A stretch of DNA of 64,000 bases from a virus (taxonomy: Duplodnaviria; Caudoviricetes). The translations under genes were made by a program, and so were the position numbers. Location: IMG/VR virus record IMGVR_UViG_2667527450_000001, positions 1 to 64,000 of that record. The stretch is one strand, 5' to 3'. Positions within the stretch are counted from its first letter, which is position 1. The number at the start of each line of letters is the position of its first letter. Positions 18,471 through 27,664 of this stretch are shown piece after piece. The notes under the pieces are model-generated. The model had not been told where the DNA came from, did not search any database, and saw only the letters and a list, made by a program, of their open reading frames with translations.

Positions 18471-18593
18471 GTAGCTACAGGCTGCAACGTGAGCTCCTCT
18501 CTGGTGTAGCTACGAATCCCTGTCGGGTGTAGCTACAGATTCTTCGGATTGAGACTTGCGGTGTAGCTACACCCAAGAGTACGGTGTAGCTAC
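18471..18593. promoter_or_regulatory. Five palindromic GTAGCTAC operators over divergent promoters
   Basis: Copies at 18471, 18506, 18529, 18563 and 18586; TTGCGG (18556)-18 nt-TACGGT (18580) promoter. Confidence 0.8.
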
Positions 18594-18649
18594 ACCTCGG
18601 GGCAAGAGGTGGAGTCATCGCCAAGCGAACAACCGCAGGGGAGACGGAA

Positions 18650-18919
18650 ATGAACGCCACCGCAGACGCCTTCGAGCCTGTCGACTTCAGCGCTGTCGTG
18701 GAAGGTGACCGTCTGCGCTTCCTGACCAACGACAACGGTTACGGCGGGCGCGGCACGTACCGACGTACTGGAACCGTCGTCCGCGTCACCGGCAAGACGG
18801 TCAAGGTTTCCTGTGACGACGGCACCAGCGGAACCCTCCGCCACGCCGACTGGCGAGCGCGCTCTCCGCAGCGCGCCAGCGGCGCTGAGTGCGCCTGTAC
18901 CCGCCGCTTCGAGCGCTGA
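18650..18919 (+). CDS. Hypothetical (SH3/KOW-like beta) protein
   Basis: GGAG RBS; RTGTVVRVTGKTVKV. Confidence 0.65.
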   Translation: MNATADAFEPVDFSAVVEGDRLRFLTNDNGYGGRGTYRRTGTVVRVTGKTVKVSCDDGTSGTLRHADWRARSPQRASGAECACTRRFER

Positions 18920-18986
18920 TCGCCCCGCCTGGCCCTGAGGGGCTAGGCCCGCCCACAGATCTTCCGCATCGTCCGAGGGGGACCCA

Positions 18987-19373
18987 ATGCGCCGCACGCT
19001 CACCGCCATCCGCCGCACGATCGCCGCCGCTCTCGCCGCCGGCCGGCACCTCCGCTACACGGCCCTCTCCGGCGAGGTCGCCGCCCAGGTAGCCGCGGGC
19101 CGGCTGGTGCGCACCGGGGACCTGCTCGACCGTCTCGGTGCAGGCGACCTTCCCGACGGGCAGAAGTCCTGGTTCGGCCGGCACGTCGCCAAGGCGTACC
19201 GCGGGATGCACGGCGGCGCCGACGCGGTCCGGGTGTGGGCGCAGCACCGCACGACTGGCCGCTGGATTCACGTTCACGTCTACGCCCCTGCCGAGGCGGC
19301 TCTGTACGCCGGGCTCGCCTCCTACAAGGCCACCCGCCACCTCACCCAGGCTCAATTCACGGAGGCGGCTTAG
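18987..19373 (+). CDS. Hypothetical protein
   Basis: GAGGGG RBS; strong codon bias. Confidence 0.7.
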   Translation: MRRTLTAIRRTIAAALAAGRHLRYTALSGEVAAQVAAGRLVRTGDLLDRLGAGDLPDGQKSWFGRHVAKAYRGMHGGADAVRVWAQHRTTGRWIHVHVYAPAEAALYAGLASYKATRHLTQAQFTEAA

Positions 19374-19421
19374 GCCGCCTTCCCCGCTCCGCCCGCCCGC
19401 TCTACCCCGAAGGAGTCTGCT

Positions 19422-19828
19422 GTGTTCGACCCCGAGGTTATGGCTGATCGTCGGCGCATCATCGCCGCGGCCATCGAGCATCTGAAGAGTGGCAAGTCCA
19501 CCGAGGTCAGCCCGGAGGGGCTCTCCAGTTCTTGCGCCGTGCCCAGCAGGAGGACGGCACTGTCGGCCAGTTCGGGGCGTACAAGCGGGCGCAGAGGATC
19601 CTCCACCGCGATCACGTCGAGAAGCGGACCGGCCTCTGCGGCACCTGCGGTGACCGCACGAGCAGCGACGTCCGCTACGGCTGCACCCCGTATACCTGTG
19701 TCCGTCCCTGCGACGTTTGTGGCCACCCCGGCGCTGTGCACCGCGACTGGTATGTGCACCGCGGGGAGCCGTGGTTCTGCCGCCGGTGCCCGGAGGACGA
19801 CAACCGCCATGACTACGTACCCGCCTGA
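19422..19828 (+). pseudogene. Cys-rich protein split by a 1-nt frameshift in the G-run at 19517-19520
   Basis: One extra G joins MFDPEV...SPEG to ALQFLRRAQQEDG...CGTC...CDVC...CRRC. Confidence 0.55.
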
Positions 19829-19916
19829 CGCCACGGGCGTCGCCTCCACGGCCGCCCCAAGTCTCCTGCGTGGGGTGGCCACTCTTCCCACCCGCATCAA
19901 CCCGAAGGAGTACGTC

Positions 19917-20162
19917 ATGGATCCGATGGATGTCCCGACCGAGGTCACGAAGCTCGTCTACTCCGCGCCGCGCACCGAGGCTCGTTCGCAGAACCAGGTC
20001 GCCGAACTCCTCGCCCACTACTGGCCGGCGATCGAGAATCACGTTCGCAGTCAGGTACTGCGGGAGGCCGCCGCGATTGGCCGCGAATTGAGCCGGAAGG
20101 GCTACAGCGCCCAGGAGATCGCGAAGAAGCTCGATGGCATGGCTGACGGCGGCTCCTGGTGA
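19917..20162 (+). CDS. Hypothetical protein
   Basis: AAGGAG RBS plus ATG at 19917. Confidence 0.65.
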   Translation: MDPMDVPTEVTKLVYSAPRTEARSQNQVAELLAHYWPAIENHVRSQVLREAAAIGRELSRKGYSAQEIAKKLDGMADGGSW

Positions 20163-20521
20163 GCGCCGCCGACCTCTCCGCTCGCCTGGACGGCCTCGGC
20201 ACCGGTGTCATCCTCCGCTTCGACCAGATACGTGCCGAGACGCTCGAACAGTTGGCTCGCGCGTGGGCCGACGACCCGACCGCGGTCACTGATGCCCTGG
20301 ACCGGCTCGCCGCGGTGGTGCAGCGCACGACGGATCCGGACGACGACACCGGCTGGCACCCCGCCGCGATCGATGCGGCCCGCGACGACCTGGAGGCGGT
20401 CGCCGGCCTCGACGCCGCCGAGGTCACCCTGCGGCACGGCACCGCCATCGCACTCGCCGGCGCACTCCAAGCCGCCGCCCGCGGCACGTTCACGGCGCGC
20501 ACCCGAGGAGTGGCCGCATGA
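20159..20521 (+). CDS. Hypothetical protein
   Basis: GTGA coupling. Confidence 0.6.
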   Translation: MSAADLSARLDGLGTGVILRFDQIRAETLEQLARAWADDPTAVTDALDRLAAVVQRTTDPDDDTGWHPAAIDAARDDLEAVAGLDAAEVTLRHGTAIALAGALQAAARGTFTARTRGVAA

Positions 20522-20578
20522 GTGCACGAGACGACCTGTACGGCCCCGCCGACGCCGAAGCCGCCTGAGGAGGCGACC

Positions 20579-21016
20579 GTGTTCCGCTTCGACCCCGTAG
20601 CCGTACTCCGCCACTACGCCAGCCAGCCGTGCAGCGACCCGGCGTGCGAGGTTGACCGGCTCACATCCATGGCCGACGCCCGCATAGCCATCGGCGCAGC
20701 CCAAGGCGTCGACCTGGACGACATCGACCCGGCCTCGGGCTACGACTACTCCCGCCGCGCCTACGACAACGTCCGCCGCTCCTGGATCGTCAACATCAAG
20801 TACCACGGCTGGTCACCGTTCTACGAGCAGCAGCACCTCGACAAGGCGCTCGCCTCCTGGACCGAGCACCGACCCGAGTTCACAGCCGGGGACGACTGGC
20901 TCGCAGCGGGCATCGCCACGCACCGTGCCTACTGGTCCGAGATCGGCCGCCCCTGCAACAGGGGGAGCTGCGTCCTGCACGAATCGCAGACAGCTCCGGG
21001 CGCTGCCGCCGCCTGA
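20579..21016 (+). CDS. Hypothetical protein
   Basis: GAGGAGG RBS plus GTG. Confidence 0.7.
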   Translation: MFRFDPVAVLRHYASQPCSDPACEVDRLTSMADARIAIGAAQGVDLDDIDPASGYDYSRRAYDNVRRSWIVNIKYHGWSPFYEQQHLDKALASWTEHRPEFTAGDDWLAAGIATHRAYWSEIGRPCNRGSCVLHESQTAPGAAAA

Positions 21017-21073
21017 CCCCCGCCCCACGCCCGCCCCGGACTGGGGCGGGCCACCCACCTTGAGGAGCACTAC

Positions 21074-21352
21074 ATGCACATCGCTTTGCTCCCCGCCCAC
21101 ACCATGACCATCACCACGATTCCCGACGGCCGGGACCTCGACTGGTCCCACCCCGACAACTGCCCGCAGCCGGAGGACCGGTGCGAGTTCGTGCGTCGTA
21201 TGCGACGCATGGGCCACGACATCGCGGACCTGGCCGAGGGGCGGCCGGACGGCGTGTACCGGCTGGGCGGCTTCGGCTTCCACAGCCTGTGCTTGGTCGA
21301 CGATGAGGGGCGCATGCTGCCCGAAGTGCCCGTCGCTGAGGCACACGCGTGA
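21074..21352 (+). CDS. Hypothetical protein
   Basis: GAGGAG RBS; HPDNC...C motif. Confidence 0.65.
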   Translation: MHIALLPAHTMTITTIPDGRDLDWSHPDNCPQPEDRCEFVRRMRRMGHDIADLAEGRPDGVYRLGGFGFHSLCLVDDEGRMLPEVPVAEAHA

Positions 21353-21540
21353 CCGCCCTGCCGCCGAATGGCTGCCGCACTCCTGTGGGCTGCATCGCGC
21401 ATCCACGGCGGCCACCGGTCGATCTACGCCAACCGGGACTTCGTGAAGCGCTTCGCAGTCAACCCGTACCCGAACGAACCGCAGTAGTCCCCCCGACCCG
21501 CCGTGACCCGCGGCGGGCCCACACCACAAGGAGCAGCAGC

Positions 21541-21999
21541 ATGGCTACACCCACCAGCCGGGACGCGATTCTGTCCGAGGCCGTGACCGCACTTCAAGAG
21601 CAGGCAGGGCGACTATCAGAGATGGCTGATGAAGAGATGCGCCGCGACCTTGAGGAGAAGGCGCAGGTCTGGCACGAGGCCGCCGAGGTCGTTCTCCGCC
21701 TGATCGGTAAGCCGCAGCAGGTCAACGCCACAGAGGAGCAGGAGGTCAGCGCGTTGTTCCGGCTCATCTACGACCCCGGCGTCGAATCCCTCCACGACCA
21801 ACTCCCGTCGGCCACGAGCCACGCCCTCACCGCCGCCCTCGACGCCGCCTGCCACGACCCCATCGGACACACCGCACCCCGCCGCGGCCAAGCCGAAGAA
21901 TGGAACCGGCAAATCCGAGTCGACGGCGCACTCGCCATGATCTTCGTCAGCTACAGTCAGAAGGCCCTCGCCGTCGTCGACATCATCGACCTCAGCTGA
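21541..21999 (+). CDS. Hypothetical protein; C-terminal half RelE/ParE-like
   Basis: AAGGAG RBS; FRLIYDPGV...LP...DP...AVVDII pattern; internal GGAGG-TTG start. Confidence 0.55.
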   Translation: MATPTSRDAILSEAVTALQEQAGRLSEMADEEMRRDLEEKAQVWHEAAEVVLRLIGKPQQVNATEEQEVSALFRLIYDPGVESLHDQLPSATSHALTAALDAACHDPIGHTAPRRGQAEEWNRQIRVDGALAMIFVSYSQKALAVVDIIDLS

Positions 22000-22113
22000 A
22001 GCCGCTCGTCGTGGTGGTTGCTGCACTTCGTTGCTGTACAGCAACCACCTGATCACCGCCCCTCTTCATGGCTCGTTGCGGCCTGGAAGTCCAGCGCTGG
22101 AAGACCTCTGGCG

Positions 22114-22353
22114 CTACATCTTGACCCGGGCCTTCCTCGTCTTCGACCGTTCGGCATCGACGACGACCAGCTCAGCATTGCGGGTGGGCCTTCCGCGTTC
22201 GGTCCAGGTCTCGCGAACCTTCCGGCATAGGGTTCCGGTCCGCCCGAGCTTCTCCAGCAGGATGTTGAAGAGCTCCACGAGCCCTATGAGGGCAAAGAGC
22301 CCGACGACAGCCGTGAGTGCCACCTGGTCGACGTGCTCCGCGGCCGTGATCAT
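22114..22353 (-). CDS. Small membrane protein
   Basis: One TM segment and basic tail; coupled to a 21-codon upstream ORF (22350-22415). Confidence 0.55.
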   Translation of the reverse strand: MITAAEHVDQVALTAVVGLFALIGLVELFNILLEKLGRTGTLCRKVRETWTERGRPTRNAELVVVDAERSKTRKARVKM

Positions 22354-22884
22354 GCACCACCGCCGAGGAGAGCGGCGCTCAACATGTCACACTGGTTGGC
22401 AATGCTCATTGGCATGGGTCCTTTCTCGGGACTCGGTGGCTCGCCGCGTCCGGTTTCTGTTGGCGCAGCTCGGACGCGGCGAGCCTTCTGAAGCAGCCAC
22501 GGACCTTTCCGCATCTGCAAGTTGTGCAAAGAAGACAAAAAGGGACCCGTCCGCACTCGCGGACGCGATCCCTTCCTCTTCTCGACTCAACGGTAGCACC
22601 ACGGCAGAGGTGCGACGCACGGCCGTGACGACGGACGGTCGACCGCTCCCCGGAGTTCGATCAAACCGCCGTTCGTGACCTGCTTGGCAACTTCCGACTT
22701 GGCTAGTCAGCTCCATGACTTCCCATCAGAGCCCCGGCCGCCGATGCCCTTGCGAGCGGAGCCCGAGGGCCTGGTGACGCTGACGCGGACGGCGGAGCGG
22801 GGGCGCTCTCGCCAGAGCCGACCTCGTGGCGGCCCGCATGCGGCTCAAGCACGCCGACGACCCCACCGAGCGATAACCCCTGTA

Positions 22885-22918
22885 GAAGGGCCCCCGCCCA
22901 CCCGGGCAGGGGCCCTTC
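22885..22918 (-). terminator. Intrinsic terminator-like hairpin
   Basis: GAAGGGCCCC...GGGGCCCTTC downstream of the 22940 gene. Confidence 0.6.
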
Positions 22919-22939
22919 GTCGTCTCGTCGTCGCGGCTC

Positions 22940-23284
22940 TCACGCCGCGACCGCATCCTCCCGCGGGAAAACCGCCGTGCACCCCCTGCACACCAACGAC
23001 CGCTCCCACCGGGCCCGTTCGTCCTCCGCAGCCCGCGCACGCCGCGACAACCAGTAGCCGACACCGATGCTGCCGGCCAGCAGCACGACCCCCGCGGCTA
23101 CCTCACCCGAGACCAGCGCCACCACGCCCAGCACGGCCGCTACCACCGGCAGTAGCCACTGCACCACGTACTCCGGCGGCGGCGCATGTGTCCTCTTCGC
23201 CTCCGCGTCCTGCGACAACGACCGCCAAAACTCCGGCCGATGCCACACCTCGCGACCCCCACACCGCGGACAACCAAACGCCAT
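22940..23284 (-). CDS. Membrane protein with split Zn ribbon (CxxC-TM-TM-CxxC)
   Basis: CPRC...two hydrophobic helices...CRGC. Confidence 0.7.
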   Translation of the reverse strand: MAFGCPRCGGREVWHRPEFWRSLSQDAEAKRTHAPPPEYVVQWLLPVVAAVLGVVALVSGEVAAGVVLLAGSIGVGYWLSRRARAAEDERARWERSLVCRGCTAVFPREDAVAA

Positions 23285-23435
23285 GCCATTCCCCTCAATC
23301 AGAGGAAAACAGGCTGTCACCACGCCAACACAAACGGGCAGCGGCGCACAGGAGCCAAACCGGCGCACACGGCGGCGCGCAAAACCCCGCCCAATGGGCG
23401 GGGCTGGCACTGCGCGCAGCCACACACCGCCGCCC

Positions 23436-23900
23436 CTAGGAGCCGACCAGCGCACCACTGCGATTGCCCAGAACCTGTCGGGCCAGCGCCAGCGTGTAGT
23501 CCTGCCCTGCCGCCGGACTGTCCGACTTCTCGGGGTCCTTGAGCGTCAGCCGGCCAACATACAACCCCTCGTGGCCGTAGATCATCTTGGCGGGCTGGCT
23601 ACTCCCGTCGACCTCCAACTCCCACTCCGCGTCCCGGAGGTCCACTGAGGTCGGCTTCAGGACCACGCGGCTACTCCAGCCGGTGCACAGCACCCATTCG
23701 GTGGCATTCGGACTGTGACGCGCCGCCACATCCATAAGGTGCACGTCCGGTACCTCCGGGACCGCGAGGTACCCCACCACAGCATCAATGCCGAATCGCC
23801 CGGTGGTCGTGTACGCGACAGCCCCGACCACGTCCGGCCAGAAATGGACCAGAGGGAAGATCGTCACACGACCAGTACCCGACATCGTCCTGCTTGCCAT
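23436..23900 (-). CDS. Hypothetical beta-rich protein
   Basis: AGGAG RBS plus ATG at 23900; globular composition. Confidence 0.7.
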   Translation of the reverse strand: MASRTMSGTGRVTIFPLVHFWPDVVGAVAYTTTGRFGIDAVVGYLAVPEVPDVHLMDVAARHSPNATEWVLCTGWSSRVVLKPTSVDLRDAEWELEVDGSSQPAKMIYGHEGLYVGRLTLKDPEKSDSPAAGQDYTLALARQVLGNRSGALVGS

Positions 23901-24321
23901 GGCTCTCCTCATAGATCTGAACCCGAACGGTCCCGCGCTAGTCTCCCAGCGCGGGACCACTGCACCTAGTCGATCACCTTGCTACAGAACCCAGTTGACG
24001 ATCAGCTATCGCCACAACCCTGACTCGGATTGCCCTCCTGCCCATCCGAGCCGTCACCCGTCTCGCCCTGCGAGTTCTCCTCGTCGCCGTAGGCGAGCGC
24101 CATCCTCAGCGTCATCGTGACCTCCAGGCCGCCACAGGGACCGCCCCCGCAGCAACCCGCCACGCTGCCCCCACGACGAGAGCGTCGACAGGGCGCAAAG
24201 ACACAGCCAGAAGCACCCGAACGCGCCCCACCCCCACCCGGCGACACTCGAAAGAGGGACCCCAAGCCGCCCGGTCATCGCGGGAACCGCACCAGCCAAT
24301 CCGGAAGCGGCTTGTGCAGCG

Positions 24322-24996
24322 CTACGACCAAGACGTGCAGGTTCCGAGGGGGACGAGGTAGTACGTGTCGGTGGCTTCACTCACCGCGACGACGGCATCG
24401 GCGTCGCTGAAGTCGAACCACTCGCCGCGAATCTTGCGACTATCGAACCGGTTGTGCAGGTGGGACTCCAGGCGCCAGTCGCCACCGAAAGACCACAGCA
24501 CGCGCAAGTCATGCGGCGACGAAGTCTGAATGTCCCCCAGCCGTGAGCGCAGGCTCGATGTCGTGCCGATCTTCACTACGCCCTGCGGCCGTTCGCCGAT
24601 CACATAGACCACAGAGTCCTGCCGTTGAAGCGGAAACGGCGCGCGAGGCTCCTGCGGCGCGGACTCATCCCATGCGTTTGGGAGGTCACACACCTCGATC
24701 AGCGTGAAGAACACGCCGCCAGATAGCCGCTTCCGGGTGCGTCGCATGTAGCCAGCCTCTTCCAGCTCCGCGAAGAGAGCCCGCATAGCCCGCCGCCCCT
24801 CCCCTCGGGTGTCACCGCGAGCCTCGCGTGCAGCACGCGACAGCTCGTCCGCGTTCGCCTCCCAACCTTCCGGCCGGCTCAAGATGCCCAACAGCAGCCC
24901 CCTTGCGGCATAGCTGAGCCGCTCATCCATCGCAGTCGTCCGAGGGACCGCCGTGAAGTTCCAGCCGCTCGCCTTGATCACTACCTTCATCACCAT
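24322..24996 (-). CDS. Rep-type winged-HTH fused to T5orf172 (GIY-YIG) domain
   Basis: FTAVP...RLSYAARGLL...ELEEAGY; VVYVIG...VKIGTT...RLGDIQTSSP...GEWF. Confidence 0.85.
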   Translation of the reverse strand: MVMKVVIKASGWNFTAVPRTTAMDERLSYAARGLLLGILSRPEGWEANADELSRAAREARGDTRGEGRRAMRALFAELEEAGYMRRTRKRLSGGVFFTLIEVCDLPNAWDESAPQEPRAPFPLQRQDSVVYVIGERPQGVVKIGTTSSLRSRLGDIQTSSPHDLRVLWSFGGDWRLESHLHNRFDSRKIRGEWFDFSDADAVVAVSEATDTYYLVPLGTCTSWS

Positions 24997-25062
24997 GCCG
25001 GCTCCTTAGCTTTCAGACGGATCGAGAACGGCCGGGCAACCCGCGCTGCCCGGCCGTTCAGG

Positions 25063-25887
25063 TCAGGCGGCTTCCGCGGCCCCCAGGGTCAGTTGCCCCT
25101 TCGCCTCGAACTCGTTGACTGCCTCAGCGATCTCGGCGTACACCTGCTCCAGCAGCGGCCGGTCCTCCTCGCTGTAGACCACAACCTTGTCGATCCGTGA
25201 GCCCGCCGGCCCCGGGATCTTCTCCGGGCGCCGCCCGTGCACCTTCAGATAGCGGTTCGAGACACGCGACCCGAACCCGGACTGGAACTTCGCCACCGTC
25301 GCTGGCTTGTGACCCTTCTCCGCGAGGAACGTCGATGCGTACAGCGGCGTCTCCCCGCTCTCCAACTCCGGCCGTTCGCCCATCGCGCGGGCGAGAATCA
25401 CCTTGCCGGTCGCCGTGGCGTAAGGCTCGGGAAGCACTGGGCGGAGGATCGCAAGGATCTCCGCCTGCTCGCGGTAGGGGAGCGGGCCGGCCGCGGCGGT
25501 GAGCTCCCGATGCTGAGCTGGCGGCGCTACGGGGTGGACCTCCGCCTCGCGGGTCTTGATCACGAAATACGCCTGAGCTCCGGCGACCTCGGGCTTGTTC
25601 GGATCTCCGTTCATCGCGACCAGGTAGGCCGCGTAGCGACTGAGGTGGTAGTCCATGCGGGGGCGCCCGCCCGTGGAGTTGTCAGGGGATCGCCTGAAAA
25701 GCTGCTCCGCGTCCTGCCCCGTGTTGGTGGCTGCTGTCGCGGCTCGTTCGAGAGCCCGCTGGAATTCGTTCCAGCGGGCGTATCCCATGAGGGGTTGCAG
25801 GTCGCGTGCACTCCAGTGCTCGCCCTCGGGGGTGGTTCGCTTGATGCTGTCGAACGGGGATTCCCCGTCGCGTGGGACCATGGTCAC
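25063..25887 (-). CDS. DinD/Bro-N-like antirepressor
   Basis: SPFDSIK...WSARDLQPLMGY.RW...DYHLSRYAAYLVAMNGDPNKPEVA.AQAYF. Confidence 0.85.
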   Translation of the reverse strand: MTMVPRDGESPFDSIKRTTPEGEHWSARDLQPLMGYARWNEFQRALERAATAATNTGQDAEQLFRRSPDNSTGGRPRMDYHLSRYAAYLVAMNGDPNKPEVAGAQAYFVIKTREAEVHPVAPPAQHRELTAAAGPLPYREQAEILAILRPVLPEPYATATGKVILARAMGERPELESGETPLYASTFLAEKGHKPATVAKFQSGFGSRVSNRYLKVHGRRPEKIPGPAGSRIDKVVVYSEEDRPLLEQVYAEIAEAVNEFEAKGQLTLGAAEAA

Positions 25888-25996
25888 GGTCCCCTCCGTT
25901 TCTGTGGAAGGTTCGGAGCTGATCACCGCCTGCGCCTGGGTAGCCGCCCGGGCGCAGGTCTTTATCGCGGGGATTCCCGCGACTCCCATACACACA

Positions 25997-26050
25997 CGTT
26001 AGACATTCGTTGGACATTGGGCAACCGATTCCTGGACCTCATGTCAAACG
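25997..26050. promoter_or_regulatory. Operator repeats between the divergent antirepressor and XRE genes
   Basis: CGTTAGACATT, CGTTGGACATT in tandem; inverted copy ATGTCAAACG at 26041. Confidence 0.55.
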
Positions 26051-26068
26051 GTGGTGCATTATGAAGGC

Positions 26069-26449
26069 ATGGACCTCGACTGGAAGGCGCTTGCGACGGA
26101 GCTGCGGCAGGCGCGACACGAGCAGATGCTCACCATGAACGACCTGGCCGTGCGGTCGGACGTGACACGGTCGACGCTTCACAGTCTCGAACAGGGCACG
26201 GAGCGATCGCGCATTCCGTCATCGCTCAGCAAGGTTGAGCAGGGGCTGGGATGGCCAACCGGGCGCGCCATGGAGATCCTGACCGGCAAGCCGACCCCGG
26301 CCACTGGGGGCGGCTCCGTCAGTGCGGAAGAGATCGAGCGCTCCGTTAGCTACGCAGCCATCGCCGTAATGGACGACATGACCTCCGCGCAGATCAAAGA
26401 GCTTGCGCGTCTCGCGGTGGAGGATCTTCGTCGCCGCGGCGTCATTTGA
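26069..26449 (+). CDS. XRE-family regulator
   Basis: LRQAR...LTMNDLAVRSDVTRSTLHSLEQG...LGWPTG. Confidence 0.85.
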   Translation: MDLDWKALATELRQARHEQMLTMNDLAVRSDVTRSTLHSLEQGTERSRIPSSLSKVEQGLGWPTGRAMEILTGKPTPATGGGSVSAEEIERSVSYAAIAVMDDMTSAQIKELARLAVEDLRRRGVI

Positions 26450-26479
26450 CCCCCTCGGCAGCCTGAAGGCCAGGTGCCC

Positions 26480-26626
26480 CTACCGCGGCGCCAACTCGGT
26501 GTCGAGGTACTGCTGGACGGGCTCGAACAGGCCGTAGGGCGCGGATTCGGGGGCCTCGGTCAGTGTCACCCACGAGACGTCGGCGAGTTCTTCCTCGTCT
26601 GCTACGTGCGCCTCGCCAAGTCTGGC
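26480..26626 (-). pseudogene. C-terminal remnant of a NUDIX hydrolase (pSAM2 Pif-like)
   Basis: Manual translation GEAHVADEEELADVSWV...PYGLFEPVQQYLD*, no start codon; lies downstream of the korSA-like gene. Confidence 0.6.
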
Positions 26627-26646
26627 CCCGCGGCAGGCAGACCGAC

Positions 26647-26686
26647 AAAGCCCAGGCCTGGAGATGATGTCCAGGGCCGGGGCTTT
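26647..26686 (-). terminator. Terminator after the GntR gene
   Basis: AAAGCCCAGGCC...GGCCGGGGCTTT stem. Confidence 0.6.
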
Positions 26687-26731
26687 CGCGTGTCGCGTCT
26701 CGCCCTCCAGTGCTCCGGGGCATGCATCGCC

Positions 26732-27469
26732 TCAGCCCATGTCGTGCTCGGCGGACGTCTTGCGGCCAGCGCCGTAATAGTCGACTGCGTACTCGGTCGG
26801 TTCGCCGTTCTGGTCCCAGTAGTGATTCACCACGGTCAGCAGGGGCGCCCCCGACTCTTCGTCAAGCAGCTCAGCGACGTCGGCCGGAGCGGGGCTGATC
26901 GAGACCGTGTCACGGCGTCGGGCCACACGGCGCCCGGTCTTCTCCTCGATGAGGCCGAAGGTCATCTTCGGCAAAGGCTCGGGTGCGAGGAACTCCGGCG
27001 CCCGATCCGCCAGGGCGCCCGAGATCCAAGTGGCAGAGACCACCGCCACACCCTCGTCGTCTAGGTACTTACGCCGACGGCGCGCCACTTCGGCACCGAG
27101 TTCCAGGTTGAGCGCGTCCGCGACGTCCTGGGTGGCAGGCTGCCGCTCGGCGTCCAGGAACTGGACCTCTTCTCCGTCGGTCAGGCCAGTGCCACCGGAG
27201 CGCACGAGGGTAAGCCGGTCGGCGCCTGTAGTGAGCTTCTTGGGCGCGGCCACGATGGTTCCCACGCCAGGGGTTGCGATAGCCCACCCTTCGTCCCGGA
27301 GGAAGCGGGGTACGCGGGAAGCCGTTGCTGAGCTGATCCCTTCCTTCTTGATGATGTCTCGGACAGACGGCAGAGGGTCGCCCGGCTGCAGTTCACCGCT
27401 CTTGATCCGTTCGATCAACGCCTCAGCGATCCTGCGATACGGTGGGAGGTTTTGTGGGTTTTGTGTCAT
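26732..27469 (-). CDS. GntR/HutC (UTRA) repressor, KorSA/KorA/TraR-like
   Basis: PPYRRIAEAL...GELQPGDPLPSVR...PGVGTIV plus UTRA domain; divergent from the tra operon. Confidence 0.9.
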   Translation of the reverse strand: MTQNPQNLPPYRRIAEALIERIKSGELQPGDPLPSVRDIIKKEGISSATASRVPRFLRDEGWAIATPGVGTIVAAPKKLTTGADRLTLVRSGGTGLTDGEEVQFLDAERQPATQDVADALNLELGAEVARRRRKYLDDEGVAVVSATWISGALADRAPEFLAPEPLPKMTFGLIEEKTGRRVARRRDTVSISPAPADVAELLDEESGAPLLTVVNHYWDQNGEPTEYAVDYYGAGRKTSAEHDMG

Positions 27470-27480
27470 TTAGCCCTCTG

Positions 27481-27538
27481 GGTGTCTTAAGGCGTCTTGG
27501 GACGATCCTTGACTTCGGCAGGTGTCTTAAGTCATTCT
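27481..27538. promoter_or_regulatory. GntR operator repeats overlapping the tra promoter
   Basis: GGTGTCTTAAG at 27481 and 27521, GTCTTGGGAC at 27494; TTGACT (27509)-18 nt-CATTCT (27533). Confidence 0.7.
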
Positions 27539-27664
27539 AGAGCTGTGCCCGAGGACGTACACCGGGGCACAGGCCACTGTGCGCAAAAAGGCCCCAGCGG
27601 GGTCGTCGCGGTGCTCGCAACACCGCGCCCGCCAGGGCCACGCATCCTGAGATTGGAGTTCTCG

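Noticed and set aside
18471-18593. Regularly spaced palindromic repeats as a mini-CRISPR
   Set aside because: Repeats are only 8-12 bp, spacing alternates 23/35, there are no cas genes, and they overlap promoter elements, so operators fit better.
6476-19858. Exact 15-mer CTCCACGGCCGCCCC at 6476 and 19844
   Set aside because: At ~70% GC, multiple chance 15-mer matches are expected in 64 kb, and the flanks do not extend the match.
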